64,000 nt of DNA from Octopus vulgaris. Lineage: Eukaryota. The first letter of the stretch is position 1; each line of letters starts with the position of its first letter. Positions 12,367 to 25,680 of the stretch are shown one piece after another. The DNA lies in NCBI GenBank assembly GCA_951406725.2, contig OX597815.1, positions 162,130,001 through 162,194,000 on the forward strand, read 5' to 3'. Position numbers and translations under genes: made by a program. The notes beneath the pieces were generated by a model. It was not told the origin of the DNA. It was given only the letters and a program-made list of their open reading frames with translations, and made no database searches.

Positions 12367-13492
12367 TTATGTATATCACTTGATATATATTATGGTTCGG
12401 CATAAGAGACCGATATAAGTACTAGGCTTACAAAGAATATCCTGGGGTCGATTTGTTCGATAAGGTGATGCTCCAGCATGGCCACAGTCAAATGATTGAA
12501 ACAATTAAAAGAGAAAAGAGTAAAGAGAGTAACTGCATGTGTTGCATTTAAATAAATAAATTAAATAACAGTCATTAAGCTGAAATAATCCCATCATCGC
12601 AAATGGAGTCTAGCTAAGTTCTGGCACCACAGATGTCGTAACAATGATAAATGACCAGAACAAATAGATTAATTGAGGCTTTTTGAATCACTTTTAAGAG
12701 CAGTATCTAATGGACATTAGGATAACGGACAACACTATGGCATGGGTATACACATCTCGTGTAAAATGGTATTAAATAAATATATTTCTTTATTGCCCAC
12801 AAGGGACTAAACATAGAGGGGACAAACAAGGACAGACAAAGGGATTAAGTCAATTACATTGACCCCGGTGCATAACTGGTACTTTATTTATCGACCCTGA
12901 AAGGATGAAAGGCAAAGCCGACCTCAGCAGAATTTGAACTCAGAACGTAACCGCAGACAAAATACCTCTAAGCATTTCGCCCGGTGTGCTAACATTTCTG
13001 CCAGCTAGTTGGTTGTGTTTATCTAAAAATAGTCTATCATAGAAAAAATATGTTAACACAGAATGCACTCCATACTAATCGGACATAGGTACAATACTTG
13101 GTATCCACTGTTCAACTACTGACTGTCAAACTAACACCTGTGAACTACTCCCCTGACAACTCACTCAGTTCTTATTTATTGTAATAGATTAGTCCACCTT
13201 CAGTCATGTGGGGGCGGGGTCAGGATTCTCCCATAACAGACAACTGAAAGACAACTACTATGCATGACTGTTTTGCACACATACACATCTGTTTTGTAAC
13301 AGAATCAAATTCCGCTCATGCAATCTTGTTAGTTTTTATGCATAACATCATCCAAGTATACTTATTTACAATACCGATATCCATACAGACCTATTCTATA
13401 TACTCATTAACCCTTTTGTTACCATATTTCTGTTGACGTATAATGCTTTTGTTTCAAATAATTTTTAGAATAACAAAAAATTTAGTAAAATC

Positions 13493-14013
13493 GATCTTTA
13501 CCCTTTGACCTACAGATTTAAAAGATTATTTTTTGTTACTAAACACTTTCAAACTTCGGACACTGGTAGAATGTGTCATATAAAGCATCTTTTACTCTTA
13601 GCATTTTTGAGAAAAACATATTTACAAAGTAATTTCACGTTAAAGTAGTCCTATTTCAGTAATTTCAACCAATCAATGACGTGTATTTAGCTGAATAAAA
13701 TTCCTTTCGTTGTTTATCAACAAGAACTTCCGGCAGTGTATTTTTCATTTGTCACTGTTATTTATGACAACCCTAACCCTAATCCTAACCCTAAAACCCT
13801 AACCCTAAAACCCTAACCCTAACACCCTAACCCTAAAAACCTAAAGCTAAAACCAGTGCAAACGCATGAACAATGTCATAAATAACAGTGACAAACGAAA
13901 AATACACCGCCAATAGTTGTTGTTGACAAACAGCAGCAGTAATTTTATTCAGCTGAATATACGTCATTGATTGGTTGAAATTACTGAAATAGGACTACTT
14001 TAACGTGAAATTA
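13493..14013. mobile_element. Fold-back MITE with central (CCCTAA)n-like array
   Basis: Arms about 13630-13769 and 13874-14013 are inverted repeats around degenerate telomeric repeats 13770-13853; left end resembles 60099 and 61025 elements (AAACACTTTYAAACTTCG..CTGGTAGAATGTGT). Confidence 0.7.
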
Positions 14014-14183
14014 TCTCCCTCATCCACCAAATGTCACATATTAGTGAAAGTGTAGCAGAGTAAATAGTGGTGCCCCAGCATGGCCGCAGTCCTTGGTCTA
14101 AAACTTAGAGAAAAAATAGACACATGCACACACATATATGTATACAACATATGTGTGGATATATATATATATATATATATATA

Positions 14184-15153
14184 TGGTGACAAAAGGCCTC
14201 TCGCACAGAGTGAAAGGCAGACTGTATGATGCGTGTGTACGAACAGCCATGCTACATGGCAGTGAAACATGGGCCGTGACTGCTGAGGATATGCGTAAGC
14301 GCGCAAGAAATGAAGCCAAGTATGCTCCGATGGATGTGTAATGTCAGTACTCATACTCGGCAGAGTGTAAGTACCTTGAGAGAAAAGCTGGACCTAAGAA
14401 GCATCAGTTGTGGTGTGCAAGAGAGACGTTTGCGCTGGTATGGTCATGTGGCGAGAATGGATGAAGATAGTTGTGTGAAAAAGTGCTACACCCTAGCGGT
14501 TGAGGGAACCTGTGGAAGAGGCAGACCCAGGAAAACCTGGGACGAGGTGGTGAAGCACGACCTTCGAACTTTAGGTCTCACTGAGGAAATGACTAGAGAC
14601 CGAGACCTCTGGAAGTGTGCTGTGCATGAGAAGACCCGGCAGGACAAGTGAGTCCATAACCCGTGGCCTTCTACATGGGATGGAGCCAGCCTACGTATGC
14701 ATACCTTCCCTTCTTGGGACACAAAACTCTACTTGTGAAGACCTGTTGAGGCAAGTGAGGATCAGAATCGAAATCGATTATGGAAATTGCAGATGTGTTA
14801 CCAGTGCTGGTGGCATGTAAGAGAACCTTCCGTTTCGCGACCGTTACCAGCGCTGCCCCGACTGGCCTTGTGCCGGTAGCACGTAAAAAGCACCACCCGT
14901 TCGTGTCCGTTGCCAGCCTCGCCTGGCCCCCATGCCGGTGGCACATAAATAGCACCATCCGTTCATGGCCGTTTGCCAGCTCTGTCTGGCACCTGTGCGG
15001 GTGGCACATAAAAAGCACCCACTACACTCACGGAGTGGTTGGCGTTAGGAAGGGCATCCAGCCGTAGAAACACTGCCAGATTTGACTGGGCCTGATGAAG
15101 CCTTCTGGCTTCACAGACCCCAGTAGAACCATCCAACCCATGCTAGCATGGAA
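14184..15153 (+). mobile_element. RTE-clade LINE, 5'-truncated, well preserved ORF C-terminus and 3' UTR
   Basis: KGRLYDACVRTAMLHGSETWAVT (frameshift) MLRWMCNVS..RRLRWYGHVARMDED..GRGRPRKTWDEVVKHDL..DRDLWK*, the standard RTE post-RT region. Other 3' fragments at about 4855-5020, 5855-6230, 19015-19330, 21334-21557, 29018-29407, 32095-32318(-), 37745-38213. Confidence 0.92.
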
Positions 15154-15955
15154 TAAAAATCTCAGTAAGAGATGAAAGTAGTAATTATGCTAACATGTGT
15201 TCCAGCCACAATCAATGTGGCTGGAACACATGTGGTGATTAACTTTACTTGTGTGTGTGTGTGTGTGTGTGTGTATACAGACATATATACATATATATTA
15301 TTTTATATTATTTACACACACACACATACACACTTGTGTGACCTATTCACCTATTCAGGATACTGAGTGATATACAATACACAAGCAGCCTAGAAGACCG
15401 TAAGCAGGCTTCTGACTACTGACTTACACTGATGTCAAGTGAGTCACAATAGATAAAAATCAGGATATTTTATAGTGTTGAACTGCATACTCTCTCTAGG
15501 GATTGTAACTATAAATTCTTTCAAAGACTACAAATATTTTCATCTATGTTTTATCCCAAAATTTGACTGTCAACCTGATTCTACCTCCTATGCATTAGCC
15601 ATCTGTTTCCTGTTGTTTCTAAGTAGAGACATGCCTGTGATACTACCCTTTATAACACCTTGGTTTCCAGCCTGCAGATTTCATTCACCCACAACATAGA
15701 TGTCTCAGAAATGATTTGGAGTGATTTTATGAACGTTGACAATGTAAATAAATATGCTTCAACAGAGACATAACACAAGGACACAATCTATATTATTGGT
15801 TAACTCTTTAGCATTCAGATTATTCTGTCAAATGTAATGTTTATTTTTCACATTGCTTTCAATTAATCATGCAGGTGTAGAAGTGGCTGTGTGGTAAGTA
15901 GCGCATGCACAAAATTATAACTATAAAATGGCAACAATTTACCCATTGCATCCAG

Positions 15956-15995
<40 letters not shown>

Positions 15996-16091
15996 TATAC
16001 ATGCAGAACTGGTTTCCATCTACCAAATCCACTCACAAGGCTTTGATCAGCCTGAGTGGATTTGGTTGACAGAAACTGAAAGAAGCCTATC

Positions 16092-16143
<52 letters not shown>

Positions 16144-16160
16144 ACGTATATGTGTGTATA

Positions 16161-17055
16161 CAGGGTGTGGTGAATAAACTGTCATCTAAATTACGCAAAA
16201 ATGAAAATAACTCTGACATCTCATTTTAACAAATATATTTACCAAAATTACATAAAGAATATCTTGAAATAAAATCCATTGGCTTCAGCTATGGTCTCCA
16301 AATGACTTTGTAATCTTCTACAACTCTTCTGGATGGTCTCCTTCTTTAAAGTGGTGAATGCTGCTATAATCCTTGCCTTCATTTCCCCTTTGGTGTTACA
16401 AAGAGTTTTGTTGGTCTTTCACTCAGCTGTCCTCCACACATAATAATCAAGTGGGGGGGTGCAGTCTGGGGGATTTGGTAGCCGGATGTTAGAGGTAATG
16501 TGGTCGCAGAAATTGTCTGACAGCCATGACTGGGTTTTCTTGCTTGTGTAGCATGGTGCAGAGTCCTGTTGCTAGGCACAGGGTCTTCCAGCAGCCACCT
16601 TCTTGACCCAGGAAGGCACTACCACCTCCAGGCATTTGGTGTGGTCCTCTGCGTCTAGTCTGAGCCCATGTGGAAAGGTGAATGGAGGCATAACGTCACC
16701 ATAACAAATGATCACTCCAAACACCATGATGTTGACTGGATGTTTGATTTTTATCATTCTTGGTACATGTCCTCAGATTTACATCCAAACACTATGAAAT
16801 GTTTGTATTGGAATTTCCGGCATAAATGCCAAGCAGTACAGCATGTCGTTTCCAAACACACACACACATACACATACAGAACAGATTTCCATCTACCAAA
16901 TTTCTGGCAGAGTGAATTGCATCATGGTGCTGTTTTTCTCACTACAGTGCCCAACTGACCCTTCTATACTGTGTAGTTGACAAAACCAAAAACAAACAAT
17001 GCGCATGCACAAAATTATAACTATAAAATGGCAACAATTTACCCATTGCATCTTG

Positions 17056-17057
<2 letters not shown>
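16161..17057 (-). mobile_element. maT (DD37D) Tc1/mariner element, internally deleted
   Basis: KHPVNIMVFGVI..GDVMPPF.FPHGLRL..QQDSAP..PDCTPLDYYVW; TA-flanked ends TACAGGGTG (16159) and degenerate counterpart near 17057. Confidence 0.8.
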
Positions 17058-17094
<37 letters not shown>

Positions 17095-17520
17095 ACACAC
17101 ACATACATATACATGCAGAACAGATTTCCATCTACCAAATCTACTCACAAGGCTTTGATCAGCCTGAGTCTTGCACAAGGTGCCACACAGTGGGGCTGAA
17201 ACTGGAACCATGTGGTTGGAAAGCAAAATTATGTCTGCAGCTATGTCTTTATCTTTATCTTCTATCTTTTACTTGCTTCAGTCATTAGACTGCGGCCTTG
17301 CTGAGGCACCACATTAAAGGGTTTTGATCAAATGAATTCACCCCACTACTTTTTCATTTAAATCCTAGATCTTATTCTATCGATCTCTTTTGCAGAACTG
17401 CTAAGTTATGTGGGCATAAGCACAGCAGCACTGGTTATAAGCACCGATGGGGAACAAACACAGACACAAACACACACATGCACACACACACACACACACA
17501 CACACACAGATATACATACA

Positions 17521-17635
17521 GAGAGTAATAAACAGTCGACAACTGAGAAGGAAGTAGACTTCTTTTGGTATTTTGTCCCGTACTTGTCTCTCGTGTATTT
17601 ACATGTTTTACGCACGTTGATGTCCTGTACTTAAT
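17521..17635 (+). repeat. 5'-truncated copy of the permuted-hammerhead repeat
   Basis: GAGAGTAATAAACAGTCGACAACTGAGAAGG resembles GAGAGTAGAAAACAGCCAACAACTGATGAAGG of the 36.5-kb copy; same T-rich body and ..TGTCCTGT.. end. Confidence 0.55.
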
Positions 17636-17737
17636 GTGTATTATATATATATATATGTATGTATGTAAGTATGTATGTATGTATGTATGTATGTATGTAT
17701 GTATGTATGTATGTATGTATGTATGTATGTATGTATG

Positions 17738-17766
<29 letters not shown>

Positions 17767-17769
<3 letters not shown>

Positions 17770-17850
17770 AATTCTATAATTATAAGCATAATTATAATTA
17801 GGGTTTTGCTGAACCCGAATTATAATTATGCTTATAATTATAGAATTTTT
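17767..17850. repeat. 39-bp-arm palindrome (1 mismatch, 6-nt spacer)
   Basis: 17767-17805 pairs with 17812-17850; shares sequence blocks with the 43091-43725 element. Confidence 0.9.
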
Positions 17851-17949
17851 GTATAAGGTTACCAATAAAGGTTCTTTTAACATAACGAACTACTTGGTAA
17901 AAGTATTAATTATTAATTGATTAATTCATTTTACCCTTTATTATTATTG

Positions 17950-17980
<31 letters not shown>

Positions 17981-18635
17981 CAACTGGCTTCTTTCAGTTT
18001 CCATCTACCAAACCAAATCACAAGGCCTTGATTAGCCCGAGTCTATAGTAGAAGACACTTGCTCAAAGTGCCATGCAGGGGATTGAATCCCAAATTATAA
18101 ACTTTATATATCCTTTTCTACACTAGGCACAAAGCCCGAAATTTTTGGGGAAGGGGACCACTTGATTAGATTGGCCCTAGTATGCAACTGGTACTTAATT
18201 TATCAACCCTTGAAAGGATGAAAGGCAAAGTCAACTTTGGTGGAATTTGAACTCAGAATGTAAAGACATACAAAATACCGAAATACCAGTAGCCATTTCA
18301 CCCAGCATGCTAACATTTCTGCCAGCTCACCACCTATATATATGTGTGTGTGTGTGTGTATGATATATAAAGTTTATGTGTTTATGTACAAAGACAGGAG
18401 ATGGAAACAAAAAAACCTCTGATGTTTCAGAGATTGGTAGGGAGAGGGTCTATCCTTTTATATAGGAGTGCAAACATTTGTTTAACAAATGACAGGTCAG
18501 GTTTAAGTAGTAATTAAGAGATTATATGGGTTAGAGGGAGACTGCTACTATACAGAGGGGATATAGGCATTAATTGCTAGCAAGGGTATATTATTTCATT
18601 TTGCAACCATATTATACTACCAAGTCGTGACTTAC

Positions 18636-18704
18636 TTTTGTGTTAGCAGTATGTTACTTCCAAAGTTTGACTCCAACAGACTTTCTCTGAATTCTATAGA
18701 AAAT
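18636..18704 (-). CDS. Candidate 69-bp internal coding exon of an unidentified host gene
   Basis: Acceptor TTTTTAATTTTATCTCTACAG|, donor AA|GTAAGT, length divisible by 3, one open frame (phase 2-2): FSIEFRESLLESNFGSNILLTQ; in non-repetitive DNA. Protein not recognised. Confidence 0.45.
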
Positions 18705-19708
18705 CTGTAGAGATAAAATTAAAAATGGATGTAGATATGATTCTTTTATTCTTTTATTCTTGTACTTGTTTAAGTCATTTCATTGTGGCCATACTGAAGC
18801 ACCAACTTAAGTTTTTAATCGAACAAATGCACCCCAGGACTTATTCTTAGTAAGCCTAGTATTCTATCTTGCTGAACAAACTAAGTTGCAGAACATAAAC
18901 CCACCAACATCAGTTGTCAAGCAATGGTGGGAATGGGGCACAAATACAGAAACAAGCACGCAAATATACATATGTTTGTGTGTGTTTATATATATATATA
19001 TATATATATATACAAGCGAGGTTGTTGCCAGTGCCACTGGACTGGCTCCTGTGCAAGTGGCACATAAAAAACACCATTTGCATTTGAGCATGGTCGTTGC
19101 CAGTACCGTCTGACTGGCCCTCATGCTGGTGGCACATAAAAGCACCCACTACACTCTCAGAGTGGTTGGCATTGAGAAGGGCATCCAGCTATAGAAACTC
19201 CGCCAGATCAAGATTGGAGCCTGGTGCAGCCATCTGGTTTGCCAGTCCTCAGTCAAATCATCGAACCCACGCTAGCATGGAAAGCAGATGTTAAACGATG
19301 ATGATGATGATGATGATGATGATGATAATGATATATGTTAGGCTTTCAGTTTCCAGCTACCAAATCCACTCACAAAGCCTTGGTTGGCCTGAGGCTATAG
19401 TAGAAGACACTTGCCCAAGGTGCCATGCTGTGGTACTAAACTCAGAACCATGTGGTTGGGAAGCCTCCTGCTTACCTCACAGCCACACCTAGACATTATA
19501 TTTGAAAGAAGTTAACTAAGTTAATAGCTGCAGGCATTGCTATGTGGTAAGAAACTTGCCTCCCAACCACATGGTTCTGAACTCAGTTCCACCATATGGC
19601 ACCTTGGGCAAGAGTCTTCTACAATAGCCTCAAGCCAAACAAAGCCATGTGAGGAGGTATGATAGATGGAAACTGAAAGAAGCCTGTCATCTTTAGTTCG
19701 TGTTTGTT

Positions 19709-19784
<76 letters not shown>

Positions 19785-20383
19785 TGTGTCTGTGTCTGTG
19801 TCTATCTTTGTTCTCTACCACCACTTGACAACCAGTCTAACAACTGAAACAGGTAAAAGATAAAAGATATATATATATATATCTTAATATAAATTTGAGT
19901 GATGTTTCTCTTTCTGTTACGTTTTTATATGCATTAACTCTTCCTAGACCGTTGGTGCAAACACAACGAAACTCAAATCAGCAACTCTCCTAATCCCAGG
20001 GAATGTCCTAAGGGGGTCTATTTTTCAAGGCCCCACTGATATCCCTGTTTCTACTGCATTTTAAACATGTCATTGGCAACCAAATCGGAGCAATGACAAT
20101 GAATTTCATACCATGAAATTCCAGGGAGTATCGTAAGGAGGTTCAATTTCTGATGGGCTGCTTAAATGGAGCCCCACTAACCCTGACCCCACCCCACCCC
20201 TATTTTTACTGCATTTACTTCGCTCCTATGCTTATGATTAAACTGTGACCAGCATCAGTGCTAAGCACATTTGCAGAAATAAGTTTCACTATACAAGGGT
20301 AGAGGGCTGCTTCATAGCCCAATAGTGGGACTGAAGGTCTCAAAGGTGTGCTCCACAGGAACTAACACGAATGCCGCTCAAGG

Positions 20384-20435
<52 letters not shown>

Positions 20436-20540
20436 TATATAGTTAATCCTAACATGAAAATACAAAGAGAAAACAACAACGCGAGGACGTGGAACAAATA
20501 TAGTATTATTGGACGCTCAGGAAGGAAGGGAAGAAGGAGG

Positions 20541-20575
20541 GTTTTACGTTTCGAGTGGAGGTCTTCTTCAGAAAC
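20541..20575 (-). ncRNA. Minimal type I hammerhead ribozyme motif (Penelope-type), stem II damaged
   Basis: GTTT CTGAAGA A GACC TCC ACTC GAAA CG TA AAAC inside a roughly 200-bp repeat (20441-20650) embedded in (TA)n. Confidence 0.6.
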
Positions 20576-20994
20576 ATAGGAAAAGGAAAGATCCAGAGAA
20601 GGGAAGACAGAGGGAAAAAATCGCCAACGGAACACACGCAGTCACATACATATATATATATATATATACTAGCAGTTGTCTTATTGAATAGATGAAATAT
20701 TGAATATCAAATATTAAGGGACTAGTATACCTTCTTGCATTTAAGCAGTCTTCAAGGTCCTAGGTTGTGACAGGAATGTTTCAACTGTGGTTGACTGGCT
20801 GTCTTTTGTTCTTTATATATGTTTCTGTGGACAGCAGAAGTAGTTGTTAGGCTATTTTTAGAAATGATGCTAAACCATTTTTCAATGTTTATTTTTAGAA
20901 ATGATGACAGCAGTACTTTTTAGAGATTTTTTATGTGTTTTAGTTATAGGGATAAGATTTTTAGACTCCAAATAAGATTAATTTAATCATTGTT

Positions 20995-21838
20995 TGTTAA
21001 GCTTGGGTTTGAATTTCTTAATAAAGTCCTTTTCTCTCAATTTCATTCAGGTTGTAAAGTTTATGAAATGGGAATATCATAAAAGTTTTCCGACCACATG
21101 TTGCCAGATGGTTACTCAGTGGTATTTGGCGGACTTCTGGGTTTTTAATTTGTTGTCAATGCACACGCGAGCGTTCTGAAAGTGCATTACCTGTCTGGCC
21201 AACATACAGTTCTTCACAATCTGGGCATTTTATGCAGTAGATTAAATTTCTGCTTTTGCAGTTCATGTTCGCGTTTGTGAATATTTTCCCTGTTTTTGTG
21301 TTCATATATGGGCCAGTATGAATTAATTGGCATATCGTGGCCGTTTGCCAGCCTCATGTGGCATCTGTGCCGGTGGCACGTAAAAAGCACCTACTACACT
21401 CACGGAGTGGTTGGCGTTAGGAAGAGCATCCAGCTGTAGAAACATTGCCAGATCAGACTGAGCCTGGTGCTGCCTTCTGGCTTCCCAGACCCCAGTTGAA
21501 CCGTCCAACCCATGCTAGCATGGAAAGCAGATGCTAAACGATGATGATGATGATGATGTACCGCAACGGCTACCACTGCATTTAGACACAGTGAATGGTT
21601 GATCTTTGTTGCTAAGGTCAAACCTTGCCTTTGTTAATAACTTTTTCAAGCTTTTAGGCTGTCTCTTACTGAGAGTTAAAGTTTGATCTGTAATGATATT
21701 TCTCAATTCTTTACTTTGTGCAATGATTGGTAGGTTTGCTTTAGTGATATTGAAGATGTTTTGATGGCGTGGATTGTGTGTCACTATAAATGGTATGATT
21801 TGTTCTTGTTTTTCTCTTCTTTGTGGTGTCCTCAGTTG
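20995..21838 (-). mobile_element. Penelope-like element C-terminus with GIY-YIG endonuclease, interrupted by an RTE tail (21334-21557)
   Basis: THNPRHQNIFNI..KRQPKSLKKLLTKARF..KCSGSRCGT[RTE]CQLI..NCKSRNLIYCIKCPDCEELYVGQTGNALSERSRVH; GIY-YIG equivalent LIY..YVG plus Cys linker. Confidence 0.85.
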
Positions 21839-21841
21839 TTG

Positions 21842-21872
<31 letters not shown>

Positions 21873-22210
21873 AGAAATAGTAGACCCCTACATCTCACCA
21901 AATAAAAATAATTTCTATTTTTATTTTAAATACCTACTGTTTTATTACTTGGCAACACGTGTTTCATGAGGTACATCCTCAGGTTCCTAAATCACTCCGT
22001 GTTTCCCTGGAACCCCTCTCAAAATGCCACTCCAATCATCAGGCCCTTATATAACTTTATCAAAGTTCAATACAATAAACTATATTTTAATTTTTTAAAA
22101 CCCTTAAGTATGTGTACAATCAGTATGTTTAAATTTGGTATGTTTAAATTAGTTTCGCTGGACTCTACACGATACACACACGGTCACATATGGAATATAT
22201 ATGTATATGA

Positions 22211-22281
<71 letters not shown>

Positions 22282-22540
22282 TAGATGTAGATATAGATAA
22301 CTGGATAGATATTCTTTTTTTATTCTTTTTTTTACTTGTTTCAGTCATTTGACTGCAGCCATGCTGGAGCACTGCCTTTAGTCAAACAAATTGACCCCAG
22401 GACTTATTCTTTGTAAGCCTATTACTTATTCTATTGTATTCCCTTGCTGAACCGGTAAGTTACGGGGACATAAACACACCAACATCAGTTGTCAAGCGAT
22501 GGTGTGGAGACAAACACAGATGCACAAATATTTATGTACA

Positions 22541-22596
<56 letters not shown>

Positions 22597-23721
22597 CAAT
22601 GGGCTTCTATCAGTTTCTGTCTAACAAATCTACTTACAAGGCTTTGGCCACCCGAGGTTATAGCAGACACTTGTCCTAGGTGTCATGCAGTGGGATAGAA
22701 CCCAGAACCATGTGGTTGGGAACCAAGCTTCTTAGCATACAGCCACACCTGTAATTGTCATATATATACATATACATATATACGACGGGCTTCTTTCAGT
22801 TTCCATCTACCAAATCCACTCACAAGACTTTGGTCAGCCCGAGTAGAAGACACTTGCCCAAGGTGCCATGCAGTGGGACTGAACCTGGAATCATGTGGTT
22901 GGTAAGCAAGCTTCTTACCACACAGCCAATCCTGCGCTTATATATATATATATATATATATATCATATATTATTATAAAAATATATCTGGTGGTGCCCCA
23001 ACATGGCCACAGTCTAATGACTGAAACAAGCAAAAGATAAAAGATAAAAAGGCAAATCACAGAAGGGGGAGGGTAACTTTACATCTGTGATCTGGTGGGG
23101 ATACTTGGTCAGTGGACAAAATAATGACATGTGTTCTTTTCTACTCTAGGCACAAGGCCCAAAATTTTGAGGGGGGGGGGGGGGCAAGTTAATTAGATGG
23201 AACTCAGTATGCAACTTGTACTTAATTTATTGATCCTGAAAGGATGAAAGGGAAAGTGGACCTCAACTTTGAACTAAGAATGTAAAGACAGAAAATAATG
23301 ACATGTATTGTGTTGTGACATGGTAGGGGGAGGGGCGGAAGAGATAGTGTTGAGGTAAACTGATACTATTTGGTGTTGAGCAGAAGGTGGTGGGAGAGAA
23401 TGGAAGAAGTGTTTGCAATGGGTCAGTGTTAAGGAGTGTCAATAATACAAAAGAATATTGACTCATGCAGAGAAGGTTTTTTTGATTTTGTAAGAAATAA
23501 AAGAAAAATTAGGTAGATTGTGTTCAGAGATACAGCTGGTCAATAACCTAATTTAGTCATTGGACTTTGGGTCATGCTGTGGGGTACTGGCTAGAAGTGT
23601 CTAGTTCAGTTGCTCTCAACCTGAGTTCACATGACCTTTAAGGGTCCATATAAGATTTTGTTGTTAAAATTCCTATGTAATAAACTAATTATACTGCTAC
23701 AATACACAGAATATTATTTAA

Positions 23722-23944
23722 CCCTTTAGCACACAGTTTAAATTGTATTATAACTCTTTTCTATTGACATTGTTTTGAATTTATCAGGCATTATCATGTA
23801 CCTTCAAGGTTTTGATGATGTGACTGTATATTTTTTGAATGACATTGTAGAGTAGGTGTGAGAGACCCAATCTGGTTGCTTTGAACATAAAACAGGATAT
23901 TTTGGCAAGATTTGCCAGATTTGGCTGTTTTAAATACAAAAGGG
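23722..23944. mobile_element. piggyBac-type MITE
   Basis: TTAA-CCCTTTAGCA ... AAAAGGG-TTAA; relatives at about 37942-38163 (nested in an RTE tail) and 61905-62125. Confidence 0.75.
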
Positions 23945-24668
23945 TTAAACAATTTTTCATACAATTCCTAAAAATAGTTTTACTTTTATTCTTTTACCTG
24001 TTTCAGTCATATGACGGCGGCCATGCTGGAGCACCACCTCAAAGGGTTTTTAATTGAAGAAATTGACCCCAGGACTTATTCTTTGTAAGCCTAGTACTTA
24101 TTCTATTAGTCTTGTTTGCCGAACTGCTAGTTTATAGAGACATAAACACACCAACATCAGTTGTCAAAGGATGGTGTGACGGCAAACACATACACACACA
24201 CACACACATATAAATATATACAGAAGTGCAGGCATGGCTGTGTAGTAAGAAGCTTGCTTCCCAGCTACATGGTTCAGGTTCAGTCCCACTGCATGGCACC
24301 TAGGGTAAGTGTCATCTACTACAGCCTGAAGGCTTTGGTTGAAGCCAATGGTGATTTTATAGAGTAAATTTATTCTTCAGTATTTCAAGATATTTTTATG
24401 TAATTTTGGTAAATATATCTGTTAATATGACATATATATATATATATATATATTTGAGTAATTGAATGAATTATCTTATTAAGGATAATTCGAAAGATAA
24501 CCGATACCTGGGTAGCAAATTCACATCAGAAAGAACACGGTTGAAGCTACGTCACTAGGGCATAGACTACGTGTCTTCTTGTGGAAATTTGTATGTTTAT
24601 TTTAAAATTATAAGTATATGAAAGAATGGAGTTGAACGACTAGTTAACAAATATCCTTTATTCTCGAA

Positions 24669-24742
24669 ATATGTTTCGAAGGCTGCATATTCCTAATTCT
24701 GAAGGAATAAGGAGTACATTATGCAGATTTCTCTTCAGGAAA
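24669..24742 (-). ncRNA. Hammerhead-like motif with long extended stem II in a probable Penelope pLTR remnant
   Basis: CTGAAGA G..CTGCATA..TCCTTATTC/GAATTAGGA..TATGCAG..C GAAA CA TA, followed by AATAAA; stem I not convincing. Confidence 0.4.
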
Positions 24743-25051
24743 ATCAAGGAAACTTATGTCAACATCAAAATGCACAAAAAACTTTTAGCTGACTGCACTC
24801 AAGGAGCCCATGGCGATAATGAGTGTCTCTTTATAATGAGTCTGAATGTAGAAGAATCTAGAAGTTTCTAAAGGTTCAAGAGTTCAAACGAAGTAGGAGG
24901 AGGGAGGCATAAGAATAGTAAGGTGAGAAAGTGCAGGTCAAAAGAATGGTGGGTTTAAATGATTTCTTTTGTGAATGAGTGCCTGTGTGTGTAACTGTAT
25001 ATAACTGTCTTAATGTATGTATGTGTGTGTCTGAATGCGTGATTGTGTTTG

Positions 25052-25083
<32 letters not shown>

Positions 25084-25113
25084 TGGAAAACGGACGCTAA
25101 ATGATGATGATGA

Positions 25114-25148
<35 letters not shown>

Positions 25149-25307
25149 CGCAAGAGTGGCTGTGTGGTAAGTAGCTTGGTTACCAACCACATGATTCCAG
25201 GGTCAGTCCCATTGCATGGCACCTTGGGCAAGTGTCTTCTACCATAGCCTCAGGTTGACTAAAGCCTTGTGAATGGATTTAGTAGACAGAAACTGAAAGA
25301 AGCCCGT

Positions 25308-25380
<73 letters not shown>

Positions 25381-25610
25381 ATGTATATATATGTGTGTGT
25401 GTGTTTGTGTGTCTGTGTTTGTCCTTCCAACATTGATTGACAACCAATGTTGTTGTGTTTACATCCCCGTAACTTAGCAGTTCGGCCAAGAGACCGATAG
25501 AATAAGTACTAAGCTTACAAAGAATAAGTCCTGGGGTAAATTTGCTCAACTAAAGGCAGTGCTCCAGCATGGCCACAGTCAAATGACTCAAACAAGTAAA
25601 AGAGTAAAAG

Positions 25611-25680
<70 letters not shown>

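Noticed and set aside
13770-13853. Telomere or chromosome-fusion scar
   Set aside because: Short, degenerate and centred within an inverted-repeat element.
14805-15020. Spaced repeats GTGCCGGTGGCACRTAAAAAGCACC resembling a CRISPR array
   Set aside because: Tandem units of the RTE 3' UTR in eukaryotic DNA; spacers are similar to each other and there are no cas genes.
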